A DNA stretch of 64,000 nucleotides from Fimbriimonadia bacterium (lineage in GTDB: Bacteria > Armatimonadota > Fimbriimonadia > Fimbriimonadales > JABRVX01): NCBI GenBank assembly GCA_041483895.1, contig JBGPGO010000002.1, positions 32,001 through 96,000 on the forward strand, given 5' to 3'. The translations under genes were made by a program, and so were the position numbers. Of the stretch, positions 11,187 to 20,080 are shown one piece after another. The number at the start of each line of letters is the position of its first letter. The stretch's first letter is position 1. The notes under the pieces are model-generated. The model was not told the origin of the DNA. It did not search any database and was given only the letters and a program-made list of their open reading frames with translations.

Positions 11187-11243
11187 TGTTGGGGTCTGGC
11201 GTGGTTGGCGCGTGTTTGGTTGCCGCAGACGAGGACCCCAACA
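11187..11243. repeat. ~57-bp hairpin repeat, copy A (REP-like)
   Basis: TGTTGGGGTC...GACCCCAACA arms; similar to 11490-11543 and 14654-14714. Confidence 0.75.
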
Positions 11244-11301
11244 AATCGGAGAATCGTTCGACAGGCCAGCGCCGGTTCGGAGCGAGACGCCTAAGCATTC
11301 C

Positions 11302-11442
11302 TCATTCTTGTCTTCGCCGCGAATACAACCATCGAATCAAGATCGCGACAGCGAGGAAGGCGAGGACCCAGTCCTTGAAGTGGCTATTCGACCCCATATA
11401 GGACGCGATAAGGTTTGTCACGATGGGATCAATCGGAATCAC
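11302..11442 (-). CDS. Possible 46-aa hydrophobic peptide
   Basis: GTG..TGA: MIPIDPIVTNLIASYMGSNSHFKDWVLAFLAVAILIRWLYSRRRQE; lies between repeat copies A and B. Confidence 0.3.
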   Translation of the reverse strand: MIPIDPIVTNLIASYMGSNSHFKDWVLAFLAVAILIRWLYSRRRQE

Positions 11443-11489
11443 GTTGCTACTGACCCGCGTTTGCAAGGAGCTTGCTTGCTAGGACATTC

Positions 11490-11543
11490 TTGGGGTCTGG
11501 GGCGGTTGGCACACGTTGAGTTGCTGCGGACGAAGACCCCAAC
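11490..11543. repeat. ~57-bp hairpin repeat, copy B
   Basis: TTGGGGTCTGGGGCGGTTGGC...GACGAAGACCCCAAC. Confidence 0.75.
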
Positions 11544-11552
11544 CAGCGGAAT

Positions 11553-11593
11553 CGGTCGAACCGCTTGACGGTCTGGTCGGGGTGTTTGAGCAT
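11553..11593 (-). pseudogene. Duplicated first ~14 codons of the GH38 gene (MLKHPDQTVKRFDR)
   Basis: 38/41 nt identical to 9859-9899. Confidence 0.85.
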
Positions 11594-11682
11594 GGGTTCT
11601 TGTTTTGACGAATTGCTCCAAATCCCTGCCTCAACTTTTGAGAATGGATAATAAACCGCATCAGTTCCACTATAATAGTTGC

Positions 11683-13092
11683 ATGAAGTCAGATCTCGGT
11701 GCGATGGCAACCCGCGCATGGGTGGTTAGAGCTGCCGTGATTTCCACAGTTCTTGGGGTCGTGTCGTGCAAACCCGCACCACCGGTTGCCGGCGGTCCGA
11801 CTACGCATACCCAGGCATTGGCCAAAGTAACGCTCCTTGTCGACATGTCGCGTCAAGACGTCACGCAATTCAATGGACCAATTGCAAGTCCTGACGGACG
11901 GCACGTCGCTTTTACCCACGAAACGATGGGCGATTCCTATGTGTTGCTGGACAACAAGAAGGGGGCCGTTTACGACATGATCTGGGATGAGCCGACGTTC
12001 AGCCCGGACGGCAGCCACCTGGCATATTCGGCGTCTCGAGGGAAGAAATTCTCTGTTGTGGTTGATGGCGTTGAAGGTAAGTCCTACGAGGGGGTTGGCA
12101 GTCTTGCCTACAGTCCGGATGGCAAGCGCTTCGCTTACGTTGCGCAGCTCAGCCAAAAGAGTTGCGTTGTTGTAGATGGGGTGGAAGGTCCGAAGCTTCC
12201 TGGATTCGTTCTCCAGCCGACCTTCAGCGCCGATAGCAAAAGGCTAGCATATTTTGCTGAAGGTGGCGTCGGAGGCAGTCTCATCGTCGATGGCGTCCAG
12301 ATGCACGAGAACGACACATTCCATATGTGGAATCCCACTTTCAGCCCCGATGGAACGAGACTAGCGTACAAGTGTTCTATCGTGAAAGGAGGTATCCGGG
12401 CTGCCCTAAAGTCGGGGAAATTTCCGGAAGTAGTAGTTGTAGATGGTAAACCAGGCGAAGAGTATAAGAAGATAGGCGGACACGAAACCTGGCCGCCGAT
12501 GGCTGTCGCGCATTGGAGTGACAGTATGGATGGGCCGATTTTCAGCGTAGATAGCAAACACTATGCATACGTCGGGCGCCAAGAGCGTTTTGAAGTGATC
12601 GTGCGAGATGGTATTGAGGGTCCGCCTTACGATCAGGTATGGTCCCCGACCTTCGGCGATGGCGGCCGTTTCGGCTATGTTGCCGTGCGGAGCGGTAAGT
12701 GGTTCCCTGTCGTCGATGGCAAGGAGGGCCCGCGGACTGACGGGATTTCAATTTTCAAATTCAGTCCCGACGGCAAACACATCGCTTGGGTGGCGAAGGC
12801 GGCAAACCGAATCAGTCTGTATCTTGATGACGTGAGAGTGGCGACCGCAGATTCGATCACCGCGATGGCGTTCAGCCCGGATGGCAAGAGGATCGCATTT
12901 TGGTCGTTTGACGGGGATAGCGCCACGCTAAGTGTGATACAGGGAGCGAACCGATTGTATAAGAGTGGGCCATTTACTTTCCTAGCAATAGGAGGAGGAC
13001 CAAGTTTTGTCAGCAATGATAGGGCTGTCGCTGTTGCCGGATGGGATAATAAGGTTTTTCGGATCGATGTCACCCTCAATGGGAAACGCTAA
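11683..13092 (+). CDS. TolB-like/PD40 beta-propeller lipoprotein
   Basis: Lipobox VVSC; many 'FSPDGxxxAY...VVVDGxEG' repeats; TATAAT 6 nt upstream of ATG. Confidence 0.8.
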   Translation: MKSDLGAMATRAWVVRAAVISTVLGVVSCKPAPPVAGGPTTHTQALAKVTLLVDMSRQDVTQFNGPIASPDGRHVAFTHETMGDSYVLLDNKKGAVYDMIWDEPTFSPDGSHLAYSASRGKKFSVVVDGVEGKSYEGVGSLAYSPDGKRFAYVAQLSQKSCVVVDGVEGPKLPGFVLQPTFSADSKRLAYFAEGGVGGSLIVDGVQMHENDTFHMWNPTFSPDGTRLAYKCSIVKGGIRAALKSGKFPEVVVVDGKPGEEYKKIGGHETWPPMAVAHWSDSMDGPIFSVDSKHYAYVGRQERFEVIVRDGIEGPPYDQVWSPTFGDGGRFGYVAVRSGKWFPVVDGKEGPRTDGISIFKFSPDGKHIAWVAKAANRISLYLDDVRVATADSITAMAFSPDGKRIAFWSFDGDSATLSVIQGANRLYKSGPFTFLAIGGGPSFVSNDRAVAVAGWDNKVFRIDVTLNGKR

Positions 13093-13136
13093 CGGCTCGG
13101 TAACGATCGGTAATCGGATCCCGTACTGTGCTTAGA

Positions 13137-14654
13137 ATGCGCATAACTTTACTAATTATTACTCTATTTGGCCTTGTGTTCTTATCGTGCGCGCCACAAC
13201 CGCACATCATCGCCGATCGTGTGAAATTCGCGCATGCTATGGCTCTGATTAAGGTGGGAGCGACAAAAGAACAGGTCCTGCAAATCCTTGGTACGCCTTC
13301 CGACATCGTAACTTCCCCCGCGCCGATCTCCTATGAGCACTGCGCGGCAAATGGTCGGGAGGCATGGTGCTACGGAACGGATCGCCATCTAGGATATCCA
13401 ACACTCGGATATGTGATTGTCTCCGTTGGAACAGCGGATGCAGTCTATGGCGGTACGGGTGATCCGCCCCGGAAGGACCTCTTTAAGGAGAACGAGCTTC
13501 GAGATCTTCTTCGATTTCTCAACGATCAATCTCGACAGCCATCAGATTCTCTTTCCATCATCCGGATCGTAAATCGGTTGCAGCCGCTTGGCATGGAAAA
13601 GGCGCTGGCAGCGGTACGTGAATACTATCGAATTGATCCTTTCTGGGGCAGTGCGAAGGATGAATTACCACTGATTGCATTGAGAATGCTTGTTGATATG
13701 CCCGGAGATTCACCAACGAATGACCACAAACCCTCTGTCCGATATCTGTATGAATCCCTCAAAGAGGTGCCGATTGCTGTGATGGCTGATGTGCCGATCG
13801 TGCTTGGCCGATGGGACGAGCGTTATGTTCATCCGAACAACGAGCCCGACACGCCAGACCCCGCAGCCGTAATTGCGGAATTCGCGTTGAAAGGCCGGAT
13901 GGGTAACAGACTGTTGGTGCCCACTAACAGTCCGTTTACGGAATACGACAAAGTACGCAAGACGTACGGAGAAGTGTTTGGTGTAGATTGGGAGGATAGG
14001 TCGCGACGATGGCACATCAAGCGTACGCAGTTGGAAGCAGATACTTCACGGACAATCATTGACGAACTTCTGGCGTTGACCTATTCCGTGTTCCACCCAG
14101 ACATCGAATATGGCGACGGAACTGAATTGACACCGTCCGTCGCCAAAAAGAATGCGCGGCTATTACGGGACGGTAGTGCGCTAAAACTGACTTGGAGTCC
14201 TCTGGGGCAGCAGTATACCTTCCTCGATGGTTCGACGTTGCCAATTGAGAAGTTTGGGGAGTATCAGCCGGTTCGATGGACTCCCGCGATAGTGGGTGAT
14301 ATCCACGGGTCAATAGATATCGAGCGGTTCTCGCCAGATAGGGCGCAAATTCGCTTTGGCAGCAATAACTCAGATGGCTGGTTTACGCCGGCGTACGTGC
14401 GGATTTATTGTGCCAATGCCCCGGCCACGACTGTTGCCGAAGCCTTCTTGCCTTCAGGATTCAAACTGAATGATGCCGAAAAGGCTTTGTTGCGAACGGG
14501 AGCACCTATTGCCTCGCGACATTGCGATGCACAATCAGGCGGTGGGGGTGCGACGGTCTTCTTGCCGAGAGGAAAACAGCTCATTATCGAGGTCATACGG
14601 AATCACAAGGTTGTGCGGTCGAAGCCCCTCCTCACGGATACTCCAGCATACTAG
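13137..14654 (+). CDS. Hypothetical lipoprotein with N-terminal BamE/SmpA-like motif
   Basis: Lipobox FLSC; LIKVGATKEQVLQILGTP; 505-aa open frame. Confidence 0.65.
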   Translation: MRITLLIITLFGLVFLSCAPQPHIIADRVKFAHAMALIKVGATKEQVLQILGTPSDIVTSPAPISYEHCAANGREAWCYGTDRHLGYPTLGYVIVSVGTADAVYGGTGDPPRKDLFKENELRDLLRFLNDQSRQPSDSLSIIRIVNRLQPLGMEKALAAVREYYRIDPFWGSAKDELPLIALRMLVDMPGDSPTNDHKPSVRYLYESLKEVPIAVMADVPIVLGRWDERYVHPNNEPDTPDPAAVIAEFALKGRMGNRLLVPTNSPFTEYDKVRKTYGEVFGVDWEDRSRRWHIKRTQLEADTSRTIIDELLALTYSVFHPDIEYGDGTELTPSVAKKNARLLRDGSALKLTWSPLGQQYTFLDGSTLPIEKFGEYQPVRWTPAIVGDIHGSIDIERFSPDRAQIRFGSNNSDGWFTPAYVRIYCANAPATTVAEAFLPSGFKLNDAEKALLRTGAPIASRHCDAQSGGGGATVFLPRGKQLIIEVIRNHKVVRSKPLLTDTPAY

Positions 14655-14714
14655 TGCTGGGGTCTGGGGTTGGTCGGCACTCGGTCAATTGCGGCAGGCG
14701 AGGACGCCCAACAC
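14654..14714. repeat. ~57-bp hairpin repeat, copy C
   Basis: GTGCTGGGGTCTGGGGTTGGTCGGC...GGCGAGGACGCCCAACAC, starting at the stop codon of the upstream gene. Confidence 0.7.
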
Positions 14715-14726
14715 ATCGAATCGGAG

Positions 14727-14840
14727 CTTGTCATTCCGAGCTTGTCGAGGAATCCCTTTCAGGACTCTTTGCGTGTCGCCAACGTTTTCAGATCGCGAAA
14801 ACTCTTGAAAGGGATTCCTCGACAAGCTCGGAATGACAAG
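14727..14840. repeat. REP-like long inverted repeat (GTCATTCCG...GGAATCC family), 35-bp perfect arms
   Basis: CTTGTCATTCCGAGCTTGTCGAGGAATCCCTTTCA / TGAAAGGGATTCCTCGACAAGCTCGGAATGACAAG between convergent genes. Confidence 0.9.
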
Positions 14841-14863
14841 AAGTCCCCAGGTCCCTACCACGA

Positions 14864-17338
14864 CTAATCCAACACTTTCCGGCGGACGAGGCGTTTGGCC
14901 GTGCCGTCGATGTAGAGCATGTCGCCGCGCTTCGCGTCGTAGGCGATGCCGCGCAGATCGGGGATGGCTGGTTGGGATGCGGGGGGATAGGACCAATCCA
15001 GTTTCTTCCACGACTTTGTGTTAATCGCGAAAATGCGGCCCAGTTTTCGGTCGGCGATCCAGACATCGTCCGCGGGTCCGGCGCACAGATAGATCGGCTC
15101 CTCAAACCCATCGATCGAGGCGATCTGTTTGCCGGCGGAATCGAAGATGGCGACGCGTTCCGTGCCGGTATCGCATACGATTAGATTTGTGTCGATCAGC
15201 ATTGCCTTGTGCGGCCGCGATAGGCCGGTAATGATGCGCTGCGGCGCGCCTGGCACAAGAATTTGCACGCGGTTGTTGCCCGTATCCGCCACCACGATGG
15301 TCTTGTCGGCGGGCGAAATCCAGACGCCCATCGGCTCCTTCAGGTGGCCCGGCTCATCGCTTTTCCACTCCGCCTCCAGCATGTCGGTGCGGTCGTTGTC
15401 CCCGCTTTTGGTAAGAGGTTCCACCCGGCGGATGCGCGTGTGCGTCGGGTCATATCCGTGCGGCCACTGGGCGATGTAGAGCTTGCCGTCCGCGTCCGTC
15501 GCGTGATCGTAGGAGCCCTCGAGATGCCAATGGACGCTGCCCAAAAACCCGACCGCGCTGCCGTCCGGTCTTATGAGCAACGATTGGCCGTTTGAACGAT
15601 CACGAATCCACGCCGAACCGTCCGGCGCGAGAGCGAGACCCCACGGATCGATCATGCTGGCCACGCCGCGCGGCTCCGATCGGGCGGAGTTATTAACTGT
15701 TGACGCGTATCGGTACAGTCCCGTGCCGGGGAGCGAGTCGATCACTGTGCCGTTTTTCGATTCGCCTATCGGCTTCCACAGATATTCAAGCGGGTCGGCG
15801 CGAAAGGCGGTCCATTCTTTGACGCCTGGGAGGGTTAGCGTCACCTTTGCGCCGTCCTGTTCCGCAGTGGGCGAGGCCGGTGGTTTGGATGCTCCGGCTA
15901 CTGGGAGCTGGGTCTGGATGACGAGGGTCGCGGTCGGGGCGGACTCCCGCTCTTTCTGCACATTGAACTGTGGGATATCGAGGAAGGCGTAGTCCGTTTG
16001 TCCGCGCGCCACGATCTTGATGAAGAATACGCCGTTGCCGCCCACCACATTGATCTGTCCAAACGGGTTCGGCTTCTGTTGGTAGCCCAGTTCGCCGACA
16101 GTTATGACGGATGGGGCGGGGCGGTTGGGTAATAGGAACCGCCCGTCTTTAGTAGTAGTGCCGCTGAATGTTGGAGTGCCGGAAAAACCGGGTCCGTGCT
16201 CTTCGCGCTGCCAGAATTCCAGCTTTGCGCCCTCCACCGGTTTGCCCGTAGAATCGGTGATGAGCACGTAGTTTTGCGCCGCCAGGTTATAGTAGTAGTC
16301 GCCGAAATATCCGCGTCGCCGCATCTTCTGGTGGTTGAGCGCGATCGCTTGGTCCTCGCTAAACAAAACCGGGCCGTGTCCATGCATCATGGTCCCGACG
16401 CCGGAGCTCATACGACCCATCAGCAGCGGATTACCATGGCTATCCAATACATGATTGCTCTCTTGCGCCACGTCGAGAGCGTACAGATCGGTCAGACCCA
16501 TTTGGTGGCCCCACTCGTGGATCAGGCCCCAGTCCATTCCCGCGGCCCATTCGGAGCAGTCCGCATTCCGACCGAACCACCATCCTCCATCCCAACCTTC
16601 GGACAGCGTCGGGCCTTTGCTCCAACGTGCTTCATTCGCCTTGTCATCAGGCAGCACCCCGATGAAGTCCACACACATGCGATCTTGGATTCCGTTCGGC
16701 ACCGTTTTCGGATAGACGGATTGTGCGTATAGGTGATTCATCCAATCGGCATGAACCTGACACCAGTCCTCGAAACTGTATGTTCCTACCACATTGCGAT
16801 TCTTAGCGAACGAGTGGTAGGTGACGGAGTCGCAGTAACATATCAGCATTTTTGCCATGGTAGATACTGTCCGCGCGTCATTGATATACGAGAATTGTCG
16901 TACTCGGCGCATGGGGTCCGCCGAGAACTTGATGTCATGGAACTCTTGCTTCCATCCCCACTGCATCTTCACCTCGGTGCGCTCTCCCGGATGCAAAGTG
17001 CCGGCGGTTTTCCCGGAACGCAAGAGCTTTCCATCCATATACCACTCGTATTCGAACGGCGGCGCGTCGGCTGCGCCTTTGTTCTCCACCACCGCGGTGT
17101 ATGTCACGATTTCGCCCGCATGCGGCCAGCGCTGGACCGCGGCATTCTCCTCCGATGTCATTTCCGTCGCGGAGCCAGGTTTGGGGAGAAGCGGCTGGCC
17201 CTCTTTTCCCGGAAGGCCGTAGTTGGGCAGATACCCAGGATATCTGGGAGTGCGCGATATGTAGAGCGTGTCTAGATCGCATAGGTTTGGCGCCGGTTCC
17301 ATAGCGAGCGCGGCAATAAGGATGATTAGCAAATTCAA
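14864..17338 (-). CDS. Secreted CARDB + HEXXH zinc metallopeptidase-like + NHL-repeat protein
   Basis: Signal peptide; VTYTAVVENKG (CARDB); LIHEWGHQMGLTDLY; VVADTGNNRVQI (NHL). Confidence 0.75.
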   Translation of the reverse strand: MNLLIILIAALAMEPAPNLCDLDTLYISRTPRYPGYLPNYGLPGKEGQPLLPKPGSATEMTSEENAAVQRWPHAGEIVTYTAVVENKGAADAPPFEYEWYMDGKLLRSGKTAGTLHPGERTEVKMQWGWKQEFHDIKFSADPMRRVRQFSYINDARTVSTMAKMLICYCDSVTYHSFAKNRNVVGTYSFEDWCQVHADWMNHLYAQSVYPKTVPNGIQDRMCVDFIGVLPDDKANEARWSKGPTLSEGWDGGWWFGRNADCSEWAAGMDWGLIHEWGHQMGLTDLYALDVAQESNHVLDSHGNPLLMGRMSSGVGTMMHGHGPVLFSEDQAIALNHQKMRRRGYFGDYYYNLAAQNYVLITDSTGKPVEGAKLEFWQREEHGPGFSGTPTFSGTTTKDGRFLLPNRPAPSVITVGELGYQQKPNPFGQINVVGGNGVFFIKIVARGQTDYAFLDIPQFNVQKERESAPTATLVIQTQLPVAGASKPPASPTAEQDGAKVTLTLPGVKEWTAFRADPLEYLWKPIGESKNGTVIDSLPGTGLYRYASTVNNSARSEPRGVASMIDPWGLALAPDGSAWIRDRSNGQSLLIRPDGSAVGFLGSVHWHLEGSYDHATDADGKLYIAQWPHGYDPTHTRIRRVEPLTKSGDNDRTDMLEAEWKSDEPGHLKEPMGVWISPADKTIVVADTGNNRVQILVPGAPQRIITGLSRPHKAMLIDTNLIVCDTGTERVAIFDSAGKQIASIDGFEEPIYLCAGPADDVWIADRKLGRIFAINTKSWKKLDWSYPPASQPAIPDLRGIAYDAKRGDMLYIDGTAKRLVRRKVLD

Positions 17339-17392
17339 TTGTCCCTGCCTCCAATGGGATGACAGTTCGACGCGCCAGCGATTATTCCTTCG

Positions 17393-18625
17393 CTACTGCG
17401 GCGGATCGGCCCGCAAACGAAGCGAATTGATCTTGATGAACCCTTCGGCGTCGCGTTGGTCGTAGCCGCCGGCGATGTCCATGCTGGAGAGCGCTTCGTT
17501 GTACAGGCCCGCCTCTGCCGAGCGGCCTGTGATCGTGACGTTGCCTTTGTAGAGTTCAAAGTTAACGGTCCCAGTGACGGATCTTTGGCTTTCGTCCATC
17601 ACCGCCGTTAGGAATCGGAATTCCGGTGAGAACCAGAAGCCGTTGTAGATCAGTTCGGCGAAGCGCGGCGACAGCGATTGCTTGATTCGGAGCACCTCTC
17701 GGTCCAGCGCGATCGTTTCCAGGTCCTGATGCGCCGCCCACAGCACCGTCCCGCCCGGCGTCTCGTACACGCCGCGCGATTTGATTCCGACGAAGCGATT
17801 TTCCACGATATCGATGCGCCCAACACCGTTCGCGCCAGCCAGGTCATTCAACATCAGGAACATATCGAGGGGATCGGTGATGGCGTGGGTCTTGGTGGTC
17901 GGCGATTGAGAGGAGTCGTCATTCCGACCCACGGCTACGGGGATTCCATGTTCGAATCGGATAGACAAGGCGGTCTTCTGATCGGGCGCGTCCAATGGAT
18001 CCACGGTCATCTGGAACATGTCGGCGGGCGGGGGCGTGGCGGGGTTTTCCAGCACACCGGCCTCGTAGCTGATATGCATCAGGTTGCCATCCGTGCTATA
18101 CGGCTTCGCCGCCGTTGCGGTCACGGGAATGCCGTGCTTCTCGGCATACGCGATAAGGTCCGAGCGGCCCGCGAACTGCTCCAAAAACGCGGTGGTCTTC
18201 CAGGGCGCGATCACCTTGATCCCCGGCGCGAGCGCGTAGTAGGCGAGCTCGAACCGCACCTGGTCGTTGCCCTTTCCCGTCGCCCCGTGGGACACATATT
18301 CGGCCCCTTCGCGCTGCGCAATCTCGATCTGCCGCTTCGCGATGATGGGCCGGGCGAGCGCCGTGCCCAACAGATATCGCCCCTCGTATAAAGCCGAAGC
18401 CTTCAGCGCCGTGAAGATGTAATCGGTCACGAACTCGCGCTTCAAATCTTCCACGAAAACCTTGGAAGCGCCGACCTTGATCGCCTTCTGCGCCGCAGCT
18501 TCGAAGTCCTCCCGCTGTCCCACGTCCGCGATGTACGCGATCACCTCGTGCCCCTCGTCGATCAACCACCGAAGGATGACCGACGTATCCAACCCGCCGC
18601 TGTATGCCAGAACAACTTTGCTCAT
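17393..18625 (-). CDS. argG: Argininosuccinate synthase
   Basis: [45 protein letters not shown]. Confidence 0.97.
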   Translation of the reverse strand: MSKVVLAYSGGLDTSVILRWLIDEGHEVIAYIADVGQREDFEAAAQKAIKVGASKVFVEDLKREFVTDYIFTALKASALYEGRYLLGTALARPIIAKRQIEIAQREGAEYVSHGATGKGNDQVRFELAYYALAPGIKVIAPWKTTAFLEQFAGRSDLIAYAEKHGIPVTATAAKPYSTDGNLMHISYEAGVLENPATPPPADMFQMTVDPLDAPDQKTALSIRFEHGIPVAVGRNDDSSQSPTTKTHAITDPLDMFLMLNDLAGANGVGRIDIVENRFVGIKSRGVYETPGGTVLWAAHQDLETIALDREVLRIKQSLSPRFAELIYNGFWFSPEFRFLTAVMDESQRSVTGTVNFELYKGNVTITGRSAEAGLYNEALSSMDIAGGYDQRDAEGFIKINSLRLRADPPQ

Positions 18626-18650
18626 TGTCAACGAAGATACCGCAAAACGA

Positions 18651-18676
18651 TGCCTCCGCGATGGTTTGCGGAGGCA
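18651..18676 (-). terminator. Putative intrinsic terminator after cupredoxin gene
   Basis: TGCCTCCGC...GCGGAGGCA stem followed on minus strand by short T run. Confidence 0.45.
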
Positions 18677-18701
18677 ACGACAGTGAAACTTCGTCCATGC
18701 G

Positions 18702-19472
18702 TCAAGGTGATCCGGTGAGGCCGTAGTTGATGAAAGTGATGTTGAGATCCGGCAGGTCAACCTGTCCGCTGCCATCGAGGTCCGCGTCCGGATCCGTTGT
18801 CTCGTATCCGACGAAGATGCTGTTGATGTCGGCAAGGTTGACAATGTTGTCCATATTGGAGTCGCCATTTATCAGCTCGATGTCGAGCCCATTCGACCCA
18901 TTGACTACATCGACAGAAGCGACTGTCGAGCGGAGCCAGTGGCTGATTTTCAAGGCGACGTCCCACGTGCCGGCTTCGACCGTTCCGATTGAATAGTTGG
19001 ACTGGGCATCCAAAGTGATCGGATAGCTGTGAGAGACATTGGTGGTCCCCGGATCACGGAATTCGAGCATCCCGCTCTGTCCGGTCGGATCACCCACAAA
19101 GGTATCGAGTGTCACGCTTCCGGTCATCGAAGCGGAGCCCGTGACGGTAACTGTGTAGTCGTTCCCATGAACCATGGCGTCCTTTTGGATGTTGCAAAAG
19201 TAGTAATACACGCCTGAAGTATTGAATACGACGATGCGCTTGGCATTGGTAATAATTTCACCAGTATCAAACTTTCCGTCTGGCGTGTAGTTGACGCCGC
19301 TGGTTGCGGTGTGCGTGTAGCCCTCATTATTGATCCAGCGGACTGAATCGCCTGGGTTGATTGTCACATTTTGTGGCATGAAGTCGAGATTGGAAATGTG
19401 AACGTCCACAACGGCACTAAATGCGCAAGTTGCGGTGATGGACGCCACAAGTACCAGCACTAGTTTGCCCAT
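18702..19472 (-). CDS. Secreted plastocyanin/cupredoxin-domain protein with C-terminal dockerin-like module
   Basis: [32 protein letters not shown]...[16 protein letters not shown]...[14 protein letters not shown]. Confidence 0.8.
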   Translation of the reverse strand: MGKLVLVLVASITATCAFSAVVDVHISNLDFMPQNVTINPGDSVRWINNEGYTHTATSGVNYTPDGKFDTGEIITNAKRIVVFNTSGVYYYFCNIQKDAMVHGNDYTVTVTGSASMTGSVTLDTFVGDPTGQSGMLEFRDPGTTNVSHSYPITLDAQSNYSIGTVEAGTWDVALKISHWLRSTVASVDVVNGSNGLDIELINGDSNMDNIVNLADINSIFVGYETTDPDADLDGSGQVDLPDLNITFINYGLTGSP

Positions 19473-19577
19473 GATACACTCCTTCTGAGAAATAATAACG
19501 TACGGTCAATACGCCGCTATACTACATAGACGGTAATAAGACCGGGCATTGTTCCCGCCGTGCGTTGGCGCCGGTGG

Positions 19578-19808
19578 ATGGAAGAGGATTGGCATACCGG
19601 CGAGTTCCTGAGCTTCGGTGGTAAGGGCTGGCCTACGACAGACGAGGAGGCGGAAATGATCTTCCCTCGCCCTCCGAAAGGCGGCGATAAGGCGCTTCGT
19701 TGCTTCCGGCTGCTGCGCGATGACGGCAAGACCATCCACGAGGCGGTAGTGGAGACGCTGAGCGCCCTCGCCGGCCCCACACCGGAAGATGAAGACGACG
19801 AGGACTGA
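19578..19808 (+). CDS. Small acidic hypothetical protein
   Basis: 76-aa ORF with host-like codon usage; no recognised motif. Confidence 0.45.
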   Translation: MEEDWHTGEFLSFGGKGWPTTDEEAEMIFPRPPKGGDKALRCFRLLRDDGKTIHEAVVETLSALAGPTPEDEDDED

Positions 19809-20080
19809 GCTTGCGCCACGGCTCTCCAGCAATCCATTAACCTATCGATAATGGCTGTTTACGATAGGAGCTCGTGTGTAAAGTTGTTGGAAAATAGCCC
19901 CGAGAGTGGCGCCAAGGTTACTCGGGGCCATATCCGAAGGGCTCCTTTTGTGCACACGCCTCTTAGGTCTCCACAATTGGATCAGAACGGGATTCTGTGA
20001 ATTCGCCAGCCGTTGGTCCCGATTGTAGGCCAATTTCCGTGATCACATATATAATGAAGCACGACTATCGAGGTGCCTCA

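Noticed and set aside
11187..14714. Integron attC cassette array
   Set aside because: Arms run GTT...AAC (opposite to attC RYYYAAC...GTTRRRY), genes are in mixed orientation and no IntI is present.
17880..17930. Short insertion in argG containing GTCATTCCGA (REP end)
   Set aside because: Only a 10-nt match in a naturally variable loop; may be chance.
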